Shown: one piece after another, positions 52,872 to 62,193 of the stretch
Layout of the letters: every line of letters starts with the position of its first letter
How positions within the stretch are numbered: position 1 is the stretch's first letter
Assembly: GCA_964342815.1 (NCBI GenBank)
Contig: CAYFHS010000019.1
Location: 10,285-74,284 of the forward strand
Direction of reading: 5' to 3'
DNA: 64,000 bases
From: an uncultured archaeon
GTDB taxonomy: Archaea; Thermoplasmatota; Penumbrarchaeia; JASLWR01
The notes under the pieces: generated by a model
Database searches by the model: none
What the model saw: only the letters and a program-made list of their open reading frames with translations
Told to the model about the DNA's origin: nothing
Program-made: the position numbers and the translations under genes

Positions 52872-53440
52872 TGTTGTCCTGATTCCCGGTGAGTTCTCAT
52901 AGCTTCCCCGAAATCCTGCAAAACGTTCCCTTCACCCGGCTTGTGATAGCTTATGTTACCAAGCAAACTATGGGTAAATTCGATATTTGGAACATAGCAG
53001 TCCATTAGATAATTCAAAGTAGCTTTGTGGTCTATGGACTCGAGGGAATCGAATAAAGAAAGAATGGATATGGCAAATCTCGTTGTTATCAAAGTCTTTG
53101 AATTTCTTTCATCCGGCTCATTAACAAGATCCGGATTATTCACGAAGTAACCCTGGGAGTTCTGACAGGACGCGATATATTCCACGATCTCTCCGGGATC
53201 ATAATGAACATTTTCCTGCCTGTATTTTTCCATAGCTTCCCGGTACTCGGCATCTTCGTCCTCATCCTGTGACTGACGCACGGATGAATAGGCCCAAAGG
53301 TAAACTCCGGAAAATATTAAGCTCAACGCCAGCACAAGTGCATACATTGACCTTGATTTCAATTTCACCATGCAATCGACTCTTCCTTCCCTTTGTTCTT
53401 TCCCCCGCCGGAGAACTTTTGGGAAGCTTATTCCCAACAA
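52859..53440 (-). CDS. N-terminal fragment (TM1 plus the start of the extracytoplasmic sensor domain) probably belonging to the histidine kinase 51135..52871
   Basis: The TM is MYALVLALSLIFSGVYLWAY. The following soluble sequence overlaps the kinase ORF by 13 nt in another frame. The kinase frame is already open for 60 nt upstream of its TTG. Confidence 0.6.
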   Translation of the reverse strand: MLGISFPKVLRRGKEQREGRVDCMVKLKSRSMYALVLALSLIFSGVYLWAYSSVRQSQDEDEDAEYREAMEKYRQENVHYDPGEIVEYIASCQNSQGYFVNNPDLVNEPDERNSKTLITTRFAISILSLFDSLESIDHKATLNYLMDCYVPNIEFTHSLLGNISYHKPGEGNVLQDFGEAMRTHRESGQHWRH

Positions 53441-53454
53441 ATTGTACCTTTATA

Positions 53455-55275
53455 TTAATAAAGAGCATGATCCTTTGCTCTCTTGTAAGACTTTTCGGCC
53501 TCTTCCAATCTCACCTCGTCACCAATCTTTCTTGAAATGGCCATCTCCTGCTCGAAACATTCCATTGCCTGGGGGAACATCAGCCAATAAATATAGATCT
53601 CACCTTTGAAATGAAGTATCGAAGCCAGTTCCATTTGGGATATGTCCTTATCCTCGAGAACTTCGAGGATGTTCAAGAACTCCTCGAAATGATGATCTGC
53701 CATGATGTCCATTCCCTTTTCTTTGACTTCATTCAACGCATTTCTGAAATCCCCGGCCTTCATCAGATGGTACACCGCTTCCAGTGAATCCTTGGAATCA
53801 TCCTCTTCAAGATAGAGCCCGGCCACCCATGTATGATATCTGTTCTTCAATGACGGATTGACCCTTCGTATCAGGAATTCTCTGATGAGATCATGCTGCT
53901 CTATGCCGTCCTTACCTTCAAAAAGAAGATATTTTTCCAGCAGTGAGTCAATATGGTCGAAAGAAACCTCTTCATCGATGAAGAGATATTCGGGTGGAAA
54001 TGGTCTTCTGAACACCGAGGCAAGTTCCAGTATTCTCTTTTCCTCTGCGTTAAGTTTCGAAAATATCTCTTCGTGGATGTACCGGGAGACGTCTTTCATA
54101 CCCTTCGGCGCTTTGTCTCTGCCTCCCGAACCTATGAGTTCGATAGATAACGGATGTCCTTCGGTTATCCGGTATATGTCTGAGAGAAGCTCTTCGTCGT
54201 CCGTGCCAAGCCCGAGCATCAACCTGGAGTCCTCCTTGCTAAGACCCTGCAGTTTCAGTTCGAATATATTGTTTCCAACCACGGCCTCCGTGCGATCGTA
54301 GCATGACGGTCTTTCACGGCCAATGATCATGAATTTGACATTCGTGAGAGGCCTTATCTTCTTCAAAGCTTCATGAACGAAAGCGGAAATCCTGGGTGAG
54401 CATTTCTGATAGTCGTCGAGAACGAACAGCGCCTTGAAATCCTTGAGTGTGTTCAGGGTTATTTTAAGGGCGGAATCTATATCGAGGGAAACCGTGGAAT
54501 CGAGGTACTGTGGAAGCTCTGGATAACCTGCTTTTGCAAGAAAAAAAGCGAATTCCCTGCCTATCTTCCTTAAAGTGTCGAATTCTCTGAAGCGGTGATG
54601 AAAAATATGGACATTTCCCTGCATTTCCTCTACGATTCTCATGGCTACCGATGTCTTGCCAATGCCCGCGATACCGGTTATGGTGATCATCTGGACCTCG
54701 TCAATCCCCAGCTGCTCCCGGATCTGGAAAAGTTCTTTTTTTCTCCCGCAGAACTGCTTCGCTTTCGGAATGTCCTCGGGATAAACACAGAATTCTTCCC
54801 CTTTCTTTCCATCAGTATTCGAGCTCTCCATATAGGAGGCCGGATCGAACACACCCACCGGGATAAGACAGCCTATAAGGTCCAACAGGCTCATCCCTTC
54901 CGGAACATTGTCCCTTATCTCACCCAGTGTTCTCTCCACCAGTGTATTATTCTCCTTTACCAATACCCTGGAGTTCAGCACACGTGATGATATTTCTTTG
55001 GCAGTGGCGGCTCCATTTTGATTTAGGTAGTAAACCTTCCGCTTTCTCCTAGCTCCCTGAACGTGGCGGCTGACCTCTTGGATGAGACCCAATTCCATCA
55101 AGCGTTTCATGGAACGGGGAATGTGCGTCCGATTGATACCTATGGCATCCGCTATACCCTCCTGGGCAAGTTCCATGGGAGCATTGAACTCGTCTATTCG
55201 GGAGGGATCGTGGCATAATAGATGCAGCAAAATCTTCTCTTCTACCTTTATGGGTACGATTTCTGCAGGGGACAT
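53455..55275 (-). CDS. STAND-type regulator: N-terminal wHTH, P-loop NTPase, C-terminal helical (TPR-like) repeats
   Basis: The wHTH is LAQEGIADAIGINRTHIPRSMKRLMELGLIQEV. Walker A is ITGIAGIGKTSVA and Walker B is ALFVLDDYQ. The C-terminal part is helical repeats (LEAVYHLMKAGDFRNALNEVKE...). Confidence 0.75.
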   Translation of the reverse strand: MSPAEIVPIKVEEKILLHLLCHDPSRIDEFNAPMELAQEGIADAIGINRTHIPRSMKRLMELGLIQEVSRHVQGARRKRKVYYLNQNGAATAKEISSRVLNSRVLVKENNTLVERTLGEIRDNVPEGMSLLDLIGCLIPVGVFDPASYMESSNTDGKKGEEFCVYPEDIPKAKQFCGRKKELFQIREQLGIDEVQMITITGIAGIGKTSVAMRIVEEMQGNVHIFHHRFREFDTLRKIGREFAFFLAKAGYPELPQYLDSTVSLDIDSALKITLNTLKDFKALFVLDDYQKCSPRISAFVHEALKKIRPLTNVKFMIIGRERPSCYDRTEAVVGNNIFELKLQGLSKEDSRLMLGLGTDDEELLSDIYRITEGHPLSIELIGSGGRDKAPKGMKDVSRYIHEEIFSKLNAEEKRILELASVFRRPFPPEYLFIDEEVSFDHIDSLLEKYLLFEGKDGIEQHDLIREFLIRRVNPSLKNRYHTWVAGLYLEEDDSKDSLEAVYHLMKAGDFRNALNEVKEKGMDIMADHHFEEFLNILEVLEDKDISQMELASILHFKGEIYIYWLMFPQAMECFEQEMAISRKIGDEVRLEEAEKSYKRAKDHALY

Positions 55276-55466
55276 GGGATCAGCGTATCATATTAGTATT
55301 CGACGATTTCTTTCGTATTATTGCCCTATTATTAATATTTCTTTCGAGATTATTGTTGTACTTTCGATATATGATTTCGAACATTGCCTTGATCGGTACA
55401 GTGTAATTGATCGATTTAGGATAAAAACAAACGTGTAATTGTACTTCAGATGTCCTGGCCCGAACA

Positions 55467-57014
55467 TCATCTTCTTTTTGCCCTTATCACCATGAAACAC
55501 ATCAATATCAGTATCACAAGAATTAGTAGCACCGGCCAAAACCAACCGGAACTTTCCGCCGATTCGCCGTTACCGTTCACCAAAACGTCTAACTTCATCT
55601 CCACGGACCGTTGAAAATCCATCTTTGTTGTGGCTGTGTTGCTGTCGCTTCCATAAGTCGCTTCCGCCTTGTAGAATCCTTTAAACTCTTCTCCATCTGC
55701 TTCAATTAAGCTCGATAGAACATCCATAACGGCTCTTCCGTCGCTATCAGTGAATCCTGTGTACAACGTCTCGTCGCCGATGTCCTCGAATACTTTCACC
55801 TCCGCACGGGGAATTGGTGTGTTTTTACGGTCGGTAACCAGTACCTCGAGTGTTCGGTACAGCTCGATACGGCCCTGATCGAACACCCGGAGGTCTGGAG
55901 TGACATAGTCATCTCCCACCAGTTCGGTCTTGCCGTGCCAGTTGTGCAGGGAGACGTGGGAATTCTCTCTTACTTCCAGCTCCGGTGCGCTAATATTCGA
56001 TAAATAGGCCGACGTCGTACCGCGTAAATATAAAGGATAGGAAAACGAAGCGCCGCGCTGAGCACGGAACTGCTCTGCACTGCACAGACTGTCAACGAAT
56101 CCTTTTTTTCCGGGTGATACAGCACCACCGGAGATCAAGATGCTGGGCATCACATCCACCACCACATCTTCAAGGGTGCAGTTATGGAACTCCAGGCCGG
56201 CTTCGGCCCCGGTTCCGGTAGACTCGACTATCCATATACGCCTGAAGTAGCTTGTATGTGCCCGCAAGGCCCCGCAGGATTGTACAGTAAGATTGTTGAC
56301 GGTAGAATTGTCCAATTCAACAGTTCCCTCACAGGTGTATATCCAAGAGTCATCCAAAACAGTAGAATTTCGGAAAATCACAGATCCTGCGGAGTCCACA
56401 ATAAGCTCTTCAACCTCGCAATCGGTTATGCTAAGCTGAGTTCTGCATTCCTCCACGCGCTGCGGCTTCAATTTCTTAGCCCCACTTAGCGATACCAGAT
56501 TGAGTTCATCAAGCTCGTTAATCGAAATATCGTTCACATCAAGGACACTGTTGTCAAGGGTGAGGGTTACGCCAACTCCATGAGCGGAGAACGAAGTGGA
56601 TTTTAAAGACGAATCGTTACGGAGTTCAAGGGTGGCACTGTCACTAATATAGATATTGATGGGTTTGTTGCTTTTTATCGTACCACGGTCCAGAATGAGG
56701 GTGCCGCGGTCCCGGACAATGATGGAATACTGAAAATCAGAGTCTTGAATTATGTTGATGGTGGAGTTGATAACTTGGAGAGAGGCGTCATCTTCAACGA
56801 TTATGGATTCCTTCACCACCCTGTCGGAAGTGTCTTTAAGATCTCCCGAGCGGAAGTCGGAGAATGTCCAGGAACTGTCGCGACTTCGGGTGGATGACTC
56901 GGAAGAAGCCGCTGCCATAGAGGGTAAGATCGAAAGAAAGATCACAATCAGGAGCATTGTGGATATGAGACCTGTGATTACTTGATTTCTCATGTTGATC
57001 CGCGAAATTTTCAT
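55467..57014 (-). CDS. secreted, C-terminally anchored protein with beta-helix-like repeats and a carboxypeptidase-regulatory-like (CarboxypepD_reg-like) beta-sandwich
   Basis: The probable start MKISRINMRNQVITGLISTMLLIVIFLSILPSMAAA is at 57014, while the longest ORF extends to 57185. A CarboxypepD_reg-like segment is LEVLVTDRKNTPIPRAEVKVFEDIGDETLYTGFTDSDGRAVMDV. The C-terminal TM is WFWPVLLILVILILMCFMVI. Confidence 0.7.
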   Translation of the reverse strand: MKISRINMRNQVITGLISTMLLIVIFLSILPSMAAASSESSTRSRDSSWTFSDFRSGDLKDTSDRVVKESIIVEDDASLQVINSTINIIQDSDFQYSIIVRDRGTLILDRGTIKSNKPINIYISDSATLELRNDSSLKSTSFSAHGVGVTLTLDNSVLDVNDISINELDELNLVSLSGAKKLKPQRVEECRTQLSITDCEVEELIVDSAGSVIFRNSTVLDDSWIYTCEGTVELDNSTVNNLTVQSCGALRAHTSYFRRIWIVESTGTGAEAGLEFHNCTLEDVVVDVMPSILISGGAVSPGKKGFVDSLCSAEQFRAQRGASFSYPLYLRGTTSAYLSNISAPELEVRENSHVSLHNWHGKTELVGDDYVTPDLRVFDQGRIELYRTLEVLVTDRKNTPIPRAEVKVFEDIGDETLYTGFTDSDGRAVMDVLSSLIEADGEEFKGFYKAEATYGSDSNTATTKMDFQRSVEMKLDVLVNGNGESAESSGWFWPVLLILVILILMCFMVIRAKRR

Positions 57015-57416
57015 TTCCCTCCTCGTATTATATGAAATGATATCCCCGGTGGGATGCCGTACTCGCGAGGATTTCACCATACTCGAACTATAAAAGCTTT
57101 TTTGGGAAAATACTTTCGGGACTAAATTTTGTGGGGTTTGTGAGAGTAAGGGAAATCTTTGGGAGGTTATCTGGGAGTTAGCCATCGAATGAGATTTCTC
57201 GTTGCGGTCAGCCGTGGATTTGAATTGGAAATGCTATAATATCCTTTATTGAATACAATCGATCCGGGTAAGAGATGGGTGATTTAATGGCTGTGTAGAG
57301 TCAATATCATTGAGTGAATTTTTTTTATATATTGGGATAATAATCGTGTGATATACAAACCAAAATGAGGAATGAAAAGAAATTAAAAAGAGGATTTACT
57401 TCGGGAATTTGATATC

Positions 57417-58007
57417 TTACCAGGCAGGGGCCAGTATTATGTTATCTAAGCAAAAGGGTGGCGAATCTCCATATGCGCATTTTATATGGAGATACCCTTC
57501 ATTCACCCCATCCAGATCTCCTAAATACATAACACCAACTTCAACGGTTCGACCCTTTTCCCAACGGGTATGATCTCCTCCGTTAAATTCATCTGATAGG
57601 TCGATAGCTGGAATGTATAAACTTACACGTTCAGGACCATAATAGTAAATGCAGAGTTCTAGGATATCATCCCAACCAAACCTTTTAGCAAGAGTTAAGT
57701 ATATTCTATAGGCCCCGCCCTCCACATCATCGAGATCATAGTTCATCCATCCATTCCACCCAACAGTAATATATTTATCTCCGCTTGCATAAGAATCCAC
57801 GTAATCGTTCCAGTTCCCATCGTGTGGCCATTCTCCCGAATTCGTAGCATCTTCGGCTTCGATGACAAGCATATTTACCTCTCCGGAATATTCATTCGAT
57901 GCCGGATCATAATCCACGGCTTCAATATTGAAAGCCATTGCAACCATGATTATAGTGACCAGAATCGCTATGATCAATCCATACTTACTTTTTTCATTCA
58001 TTTCCAT
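57417..58007 (-). CDS. secreted protein with a CBM6/CBM35-like carbohydrate-binding fold (tentative)
   Basis: The signal/anchor is YGLIIAILVTIIMVAMAFNIEA. The segment LVIEAEDATNSGEW...DSYASGDKYI...GGAYRIYLTLA resembles the EAE...G.Y pattern of CBM6-type modules. A GGAGG sits 8 nt upstream of the ATG. Confidence 0.6.
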   Translation of the reverse strand: MEMNEKSKYGLIIAILVTIIMVAMAFNIEAVDYDPASNEYSGEVNMLVIEAEDATNSGEWPHDGNWNDYVDSYASGDKYITVGWNGWMNYDLDDVEGGAYRIYLTLAKRFGWDDILELCIYYYGPERVSLYIPAIDLSDEFNGGDHTRWEKGRTVEVGVMYLGDLDGVNEGYLHIKCAYGDSPPFCLDNIILAPAW

Positions 58008-58271
58008 TTTGTTTTCCTCCTTTTTTTTTTATTTTTTTTATTTTTTCCTTAACATTTCATTTATCCAGAAGTAAATCCCGACAACAATCCCTTATCAAAA
58101 AGATTGCTCAATATCTATTATTTCCGTATCAGTATATATTGTTTTTAGGGCAAGATTCGAAATCGTTTTGGGGAATTATTTTCCTGATTTTTTTCTCGTT
58201 GGGATTCAATATCATCCAGACAATTATTTCAATTATTAAATAAAATTGAGAAAAATTTTTTGTCATGAGGG

Positions 58272-58286
58272 GAAAAAATAAAAAGT
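58272..58286 (-). terminator. oligo-T tract about 40 nt downstream of the stop of CDS 58324..62193
   Basis: The minus strand reads CTTTTTATTTTTTCC, which fits archaeal oligo-T termination signals. Confidence 0.4.
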
Positions 58287-58323
58287 ATCACCCAAATCTC
58301 GAATTGCCCTCACCCACTGGACT

Positions 58324-61300
58324 CTAATGTTTTTTCACGTAAAGATGAATGACCCCGTTTTTCCTTTCCTTTAATACAACACCTTTATCGCTAAGAGTTG
58401 CAAGATGATAGGAAATGGTGACATAGGAAAGATTCATCTTTTGGATCAATTCTTTGTAGGTTATCCCGGATTGATTTCCGATCAAGTTGACAATTTTCTC
58501 CTGCATCGGGGTGAGTGGTTTATGATGATTGAGCGAGTTCCCGTAATAGCACCGCATAAAATATCCGTCGTATACTGTGTTTATTACCTCGGCCTCTTTT
58601 AGTTTCCGGATATGATGCTCCAAGGTGCTGGAATTAATCTCGAGCTTTCGTGATAGTTCACGGAAATGCATTCCGGGATTTTGCCGGATATATGAGCATA
58701 TTTTCTCACGCTTTCCATTCTGAAAGATTTTTTTATAGCCGATCCGGGTGTACCCAATGAAGCAGATCAGCAAGACGATCACTCCCAGTCCGAGATATAC
58801 GGCAATTTTCAGTCTCCTGAATTCCTTCTTTTTTGTCCATCTGCCAGGATCGCGGGGATAGGCATCCTGTCCGTTTGGGACCCCATCCCCATCCCAGTCA
58901 AGGGGAGTCGATCGATTATCGTAAGGATCGCTTCCGGTTTCCTTTTCTTCAGCATCGGTCCAACCATCACTGTCGGTATCATTTTGAACACGCGGCGGCT
59001 CTTCATCCTCTTTTACAAATACCATCAGAGTGTCGGTACCGACGTTTCCTTCCAGGTCCCTGACCAGCAGGATCACAAGATAATCTCCGAGTTCATCGAA
59101 TTTGAATGAGGTTTTCTGTCCGTATAACTGGATGTGTCGATTATTATACCCAAAGATCCAGGAATAATTCTCGATACCGACATTGTCCGAACTCCCGTTT
59201 CCATTCAAGAACACCGGCTCTCCCGGCACGACTTCGATATCCTTCCCAGCCCTAGCAGTTGGTTTTTCAATGTCCCGGACCTGAATTGTTGTAGAATTTT
59301 CTGCCCAGTTATCATGGAAATCCACAACCCTCAGGGTTATCTCGTAAAGACCAGGCAAGGAAAAATTAAAGCTGACATTCACGCCGTACAGGAGTATAAC
59401 TTTACCTCCATATTCTAATGCCCATGTGAAGTTGGCAATTCCAATATTATCGGAACTGGCCGAGCCGTCGAATGCAACAGAAGTGTACTGGTCGACAAGC
59501 AAATCCGGACCGGGATGGGCTACAGGTGGGATTGTATCGCCGACGAAAACCATAAGTTCATCGATTCCCCACAAACCATCCGCATCAGACACGTTCAAGG
59601 TTACATAAAAGTAGCCCGTTTCGACAAAACGGAATTCGACCTTTTCACCAAATAAATATATTATCTCACCGCTGTAAAAAAACGACCAGGTATAGTTTAT
59701 AATTCCGTTATCATCATAACTTCCACTTCCGTCAAATTGGGCGATCTCATGTGGTTCGATAGTGATATCGTCCCCGGCTACTGCCACGGGCTTCGGTGAA
59801 CTCTTTATAGTTTGAATCCCCCAGTCATACAATATGGGACTCTCGGATTGACTGGATTGAAAATATGCCTGAAGGTAGATATCTCTGTGTTCGCTTGGAT
59901 TAATGCCTGACATATCAAGAACAAGACGTTTCGTATTTTGCGTATTCCTTATTAAAACCTCACCCGTGTTCGCATCATGGACCGAGATGTTTAGGTAGGC
60001 ATTTTCGGGAACGAAACGATTGGCCTGGAAAGAATTCCATTTTTTCCCTTCGGCAATTTCGATATTCTGAGAACGGACCGACGCATTATATTGAATTAAC
60101 TTTGAGTGAGCGATTATTTCCTGAGTGGTAAGAGCACGGTTATAGATGGCCACCTCATCGATAATTCCTTCATAGTTGCGAAGGTAATTATGAGTTGCGC
60201 CGATATAAAACTCTAGGGAGGTATCGTTCATGGTCGTGGAAGTCCCGGTATCGGTCAGAACTCCATCGACATACAATTTTATTATCTGTCCGGAGCGAAG
60301 TGCTGCTATATGATGCCAGACTCCGTCATTTACCGGTTCCGCCGAGTAGATATTTTCATCACAAATGAACCTTATTCGCCCGTCCGATCCGATTCTCATT
60401 GTCCAGGGATCGTATCCGTCAGGATATTTATTCAGTATCACTATCCCGTTGGGATCCGAATGGACCTGGGTGGTTTTTATCCATGCTTCCAAGGTGAAAT
60501 CACCTTTTTCCACACTGATTATATCGCTGTCTGATATAGATACACAATCATCGATACCGTCAAATTCCAGAGCTTTTCCACGGATCCCCTTAACCCAGTC
60601 GTTCTTATCCATATTTTGCAGAGACCCGTTATTTCCATTTCCACTCCTATCATGCAAAATATTACCTCTACCTTCATCGAAATCCCACAGTCCAACCATA
60701 CCCGGTTCCGGCAATAATTGATTATCTGACAACAGGAGCTGCCCACCGGATATGTTAAAATCACCAATCAATTTGCCATTACCTATAAAACTATCTCTCC
60801 AGGCATTTTCAGCGATCCACTCTACACCCCATGAATACATGACAGGAGAAGAATTGTCGTAATTTTCCCCGAAATTGGCCTTCAAGTTGATGCTTGTGAG
60901 ATCCATCTGATTTAAAGGTGACAGATCGATATTCTCGTGGGTCAAATTCTCGAATCCGGGAATGATGGCACCGGTAGCATTGTTAATAACCGAGATGTTA
61001 ATATGTGTACCAGATGTTTCATCCTTGGATATCGACAAGATATCCCAGAGATAAACGGCCGGTTTTTCAATATCCTTTGAGATGAAGTACGAACTTTCGG
61101 GTTTTACGATAACAATGGGTTCCCTGGGAATGTGTTTTCTTATAGCAATATCATCGAAAAAGATTGCCCAGTTTCCATCCCAGCACAAGGTATACAATGT
61201 CTCCAATTCCAGGTCCGTGATTGAGCCCTGGTAAGTTCCGTTTGCTAGAGTAAAATCGGTCCAAGAGCTGATATTTTCACTGAAAATTTTGGTTCCGTCA

Positions 61301-62193
61301 ACACTCAAATTCCCATACCACGGTTTTGTTTTATTATGATAACTGGGGTCCATATAAATCCTGACATCATATGAGTCCGGTGGAAGATTGACCTTTTTGC
61401 AAGCCACGGTGGATTCGGTTGTCCCAAACTGGGATGTCGCTATTAGAGTAACGTAAAAGGCTTTCCGGTTTCCTCTGAGAGTTGGCCAGATCCTGATCTC
61501 TTGATTTGGCTGGGTTTCTGATTTGATGAACCATCCTCCTGGATTCGTTTGATTAAAAGGGTAATCTTTAGCGTCTTCAAAGAAGACAAATGTGGCGTGG
61601 CCATCGCTTTTATTGGGGGCACGGGGATTTCCATGGTACATCCAGATTGTTGTGATGGAATCTGCAGTAAGGTCTTTTACCTTCACCCATATCTTGCATC
61701 CGCTTGTGATATTCCATTTCTCAATCCAGAAATCCAACGGATTACCATTATCGTCCACAAACCTGATATCGCTGCCGTTCAGAAGAATCCTCGAAAAGTT
61801 GAAGTTACCGGAGTCAATGGTAATGGGGACCTGAAAATCCGTGAGATGACTGCCGCTTCTCTCGACGATTTCGATGGACCTACGGTATTTCCAATCGGGA
61901 AGGTCCCATTCCCTGATACCAACAGCTCCATTCTCGATGATAATGTCATCTGTCGCTCTATCCATCCCTTTCTCATCTTCGAAATCGTCTAACCAGGAAC
62001 CCCCGAACTCATGGGATTCGATCAAGGTATCCCTCATTTCGGTGTTATCGGTCATCTTTTGATGGACTCCTGGTTCGTCATAACCCCTTACTTTTATGTC
62101 CTCTTGTTTTTCAGTCGAAGTTTGAAATCCCATGAGAACCTGGGTTAGTAACAGAATGAGGAGGACTGTTGCCAGCTTAATATTAAAAGACAT
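58324..62193 (-). CDS. membrane-tethered regulator: signal peptide, DUF2341-like domain, LamG/concanavalin-like domain, 3 PKD domains, TSP3-like Ca-binding module, TM, two cytoplasmic wHTH domains
   Basis: The signal is LATVLLILLLTQVLMGFQ. The DUF2341-like region is WKYRRSIEI...FQVPITID...GSDIRFVDDNGNPLDFWIEKWN...IWVKV...TTIWMYHGNP. The LamG_3-like region is GLWDFDEGRGNILHDRSGNGNNGSL...GKALEFDGIDDCVSI...FTLEAWIK...DEVAIYNRALT. PKD occurs three times. The Ca-binding module is DTDSDGWTDAEEKETGSDPYDNRSTPLDWDGDGVPNGQDAYPRD. The TM is IAVYLGLGVIVLLICFIGY. The wHTH domains are REKICSYIRQNPGMHFRELSRKLEINSSTLEHHIRKLKEAEVI and QEKIVNLIGNQSGITYKELIQKMNLSYVTISYHLATLSDKGVV. Confidence 0.9.
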   Translation of the reverse strand: MSFNIKLATVLLILLLTQVLMGFQTSTEKQEDIKVRGYDEPGVHQKMTDNTEMRDTLIESHEFGGSWLDDFEDEKGMDRATDDIIIENGAVGIREWDLPDWKYRRSIEIVERSGSHLTDFQVPITIDSGNFNFSRILLNGSDIRFVDDNGNPLDFWIEKWNITSGCKIWVKVKDLTADSITTIWMYHGNPRAPNKSDGHATFVFFEDAKDYPFNQTNPGGWFIKSETQPNQEIRIWPTLRGNRKAFYVTLIATSQFGTTESTVACKKVNLPPDSYDVRIYMDPSYHNKTKPWYGNLSVDGTKIFSENISSWTDFTLANGTYQGSITDLELETLYTLCWDGNWAIFFDDIAIRKHIPREPIVIVKPESSYFISKDIEKPAVYLWDILSISKDETSGTHINISVINNATGAIIPGFENLTHENIDLSPLNQMDLTSINLKANFGENYDNSSPVMYSWGVEWIAENAWRDSFIGNGKLIGDFNISGGQLLLSDNQLLPEPGMVGLWDFDEGRGNILHDRSGNGNNGSLQNMDKNDWVKGIRGKALEFDGIDDCVSISDSDIISVEKGDFTLEAWIKTTQVHSDPNGIVILNKYPDGYDPWTMRIGSDGRIRFICDENIYSAEPVNDGVWHHIAALRSGQIIKLYVDGVLTDTGTSTTMNDTSLEFYIGATHNYLRNYEGIIDEVAIYNRALTTQEIIAHSKLIQYNASVRSQNIEIAEGKKWNSFQANRFVPENAYLNISVHDANTGEVLIRNTQNTKRLVLDMSGINPSEHRDIYLQAYFQSSQSESPILYDWGIQTIKSSPKPVAVAGDDITIEPHEIAQFDGSGSYDDNGIINYTWSFFYSGEIIYLFGEKVEFRFVETGYFYVTLNVSDADGLWGIDELMVFVGDTIPPVAHPGPDLLVDQYTSVAFDGSASSDNIGIANFTWALEYGGKVILLYGVNVSFNFSLPGLYEITLRVVDFHDNWAENSTTIQVRDIEKPTARAGKDIEVVPGEPVFLNGNGSSDNVGIENYSWIFGYNNRHIQLYGQKTSFKFDELGDYLVILLVRDLEGNVGTDTLMVFVKEDEEPPRVQNDTDSDGWTDAEEKETGSDPYDNRSTPLDWDGDGVPNGQDAYPRDPGRWTKKKEFRRLKIAVYLGLGVIVLLICFIGYTRIGYKKIFQNGKREKICSYIRQNPGMHFRELSRKLEINSSTLEHHIRKLKEAEVINTVYDGYFMRCYYGNSLNHHKPLTPMQEKIVNLIGNQSGITYKELIQKMNLSYVTISYHLATLSDKGVVLKERKNGVIHLYVKKH

